This document shows, piece by piece, positions 63,365 through 64,000 of a DNA stretch of 64,000 nt. The stretch lies in contig CAZTJO010000002.1 in NCBI GenBank assembly GCA_964614095.1, forward strand, positions 32,043-96,042. The letters are read 5' to 3'. A program made the position numbers and the translations under genes. Each line of letters starts with the position of its first letter. The first letter of the stretch is position 1. The DNA comes from an uncultured Acidimicrobiia bacterium. Lineage in GTDB: Bacteria > Actinomycetota > Acidimicrobiia > Spongiisociales > UBA11373. Below the pieces are notes generated by a model. The model ran no database searches, was not told the DNA's origin, and saw nothing but the letters and a program-made list of their open reading frames with translations.

Positions 63365-64000
63365 AGCCGCTCACCCGAAAGCTCTTCCGTGACATCGGCC
63401 GCCATCGGGCCCAGTTCATCGCGGTCATGGTGACGGTGTTTCTCGGGGTGACAATCTTCGCCGCCACCTACGACTCATACCAGAACCTGGTGGCGTCCTA
63501 CGAGACGACGTTCTCGGAGTACCACTTTGCCAATCTCACTGTGGCCGGCGGCGACATCGAGGCCATCGCCGCCGCTGCCGCCGAGACACCGGGTGTGGAG
63601 GCGGCACATTCCCGGACGATTGCCGATGTCCCGCTGCGTGCCGATGAGACGAAGCTCCTGGGCCGGGCCGTGGGCTTGCCCGTCACCGGGCAGCCGGCGG
63701 TGAACCAGTTGAAGGTGCTCGACGGCACCTACCTCGATGCGGCTCGGCCCGGCGGCGTGCTTGTCGAGGAGCACATGGCCGACCACTTCGGCCTGGTCCC
63801 TGGGAGTACCGTCGAAGTGCTGTGCGGCACCGACTGGCGAGTGCTGGAGATCGTCGGTGTGGTGTCGTCGCCCGAGTACATCTGGCCGGCACGAAGCCGC
63901 CAGGAGATCCTCACGACGCCGGACAACTTTGGGGTGGTTTTCACCGGCGAGTCGCTGGCCCGCGAGTTGGCCGGAGTTGAATCGCCCAATGAGGTCGTTC
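63358..64000 (+). CDS. FtsX/MacB-like ABC transporter permease (3' end outside the window)
   Basis: Own translation: [44 protein letters not shown]... It has the N-terminal TM helix plus the start of an extracytoplasmic MacB_PCD-like domain. ATG overlaps the ATPase stop (ATGGTGA). Confidence 0.75.
   Translation, partial: MVKPLTRKLFRDIGRHRAQFIAVMVTVFLGVTIFAATYDSYQNLVASYETTFSEYHFANLTVAGGDIEAIAAAAAETPGVEAAHSRTIADVPLRADETKLLGRAVGLPVTGQPAVNQLKVLDGTYLDAARPGGVLVEEHMADHFGLVPGSTVEVLCGTDWRVLEIVGVVSSPEYIWPARSRQEILTTPDNFGVVFTGESLARELAGVESPNEVV

Noticed and set aside
1-64000. Search for CRISPR arrays, tRNA/rRNA genes, transposases and integrases
   Set aside because: No regularly spaced direct repeats, no tRNA-like T-arm motifs (GGTTCGAATCC-type) in intergenic regions, and no transposase/integrase-like ORFs were seen. 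The window appears chromosomal rather than a mobile element.

Overview
High-GC (roughly 70% by eye) actinobacterial-type chromosomal window; the gene order nusA-infB-DUF503-rbfA-nrnA-truB-ribF-rpsO-pnp and the TCGAAC-N4-GTTCGA SOS boxes are typical of Actinomycetota. I saw no rRNA or tRNA genes, no CRISPR array and no transposase or integrase. The window holds five main blocks. (1) Positions 1-9511 carry a translationally coupled nusA/infB/rbfA/nrnA/truB/ribF operon, then rpsO and pnp with a leader hairpin; PNPase ends in an unusual Gly/Arg-rich tail. (2) An imuA'-imuB mutasome operon at 9.6-11.6 kb and the error-prone polymerase dnaE2 at 36.2-39.5 kb each sit behind a perfect LexA box, about 25 kb apart. 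(3) A cell-envelope cluster follows at 14.4-21.6 kb: SDR, a 5-formyl-THF cyclo-ligase fused in frame to a phosphomannomutase, Ppm1, a polytopic membrane protein and an acyltransferase-3. (4) A thiamine salvage/uptake operon on the minus strand (TPK-tbpA-thiP-thiQ) is preceded by a clear TPP riboswitch. (5) The most unusual locus is 39.5-46.4 kb: three tandem paralogous secreted CapA-like metallophosphatase genes, each fused to C-terminal RTX calcium-binding repeats, face a divergently transcribed S8 subtilisin-like peptidase that carries the same Cys-containing junction and RTX tail. Other items include three TetR-plus-ABC exporter modules, a pilin-like/methyltransferase/radical-SAM trio, a YcaQ-type crosslink glycosylase, L-2-hydroxyglutarate oxidase, LD-carboxypeptidase, Lrp, bifunctional TyrA, several lipoproteins and a DUF1918-like/RHH small-protein pair. 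All calls rest on reading the six-frame translations and sequence motifs by eye; no database search was possible.
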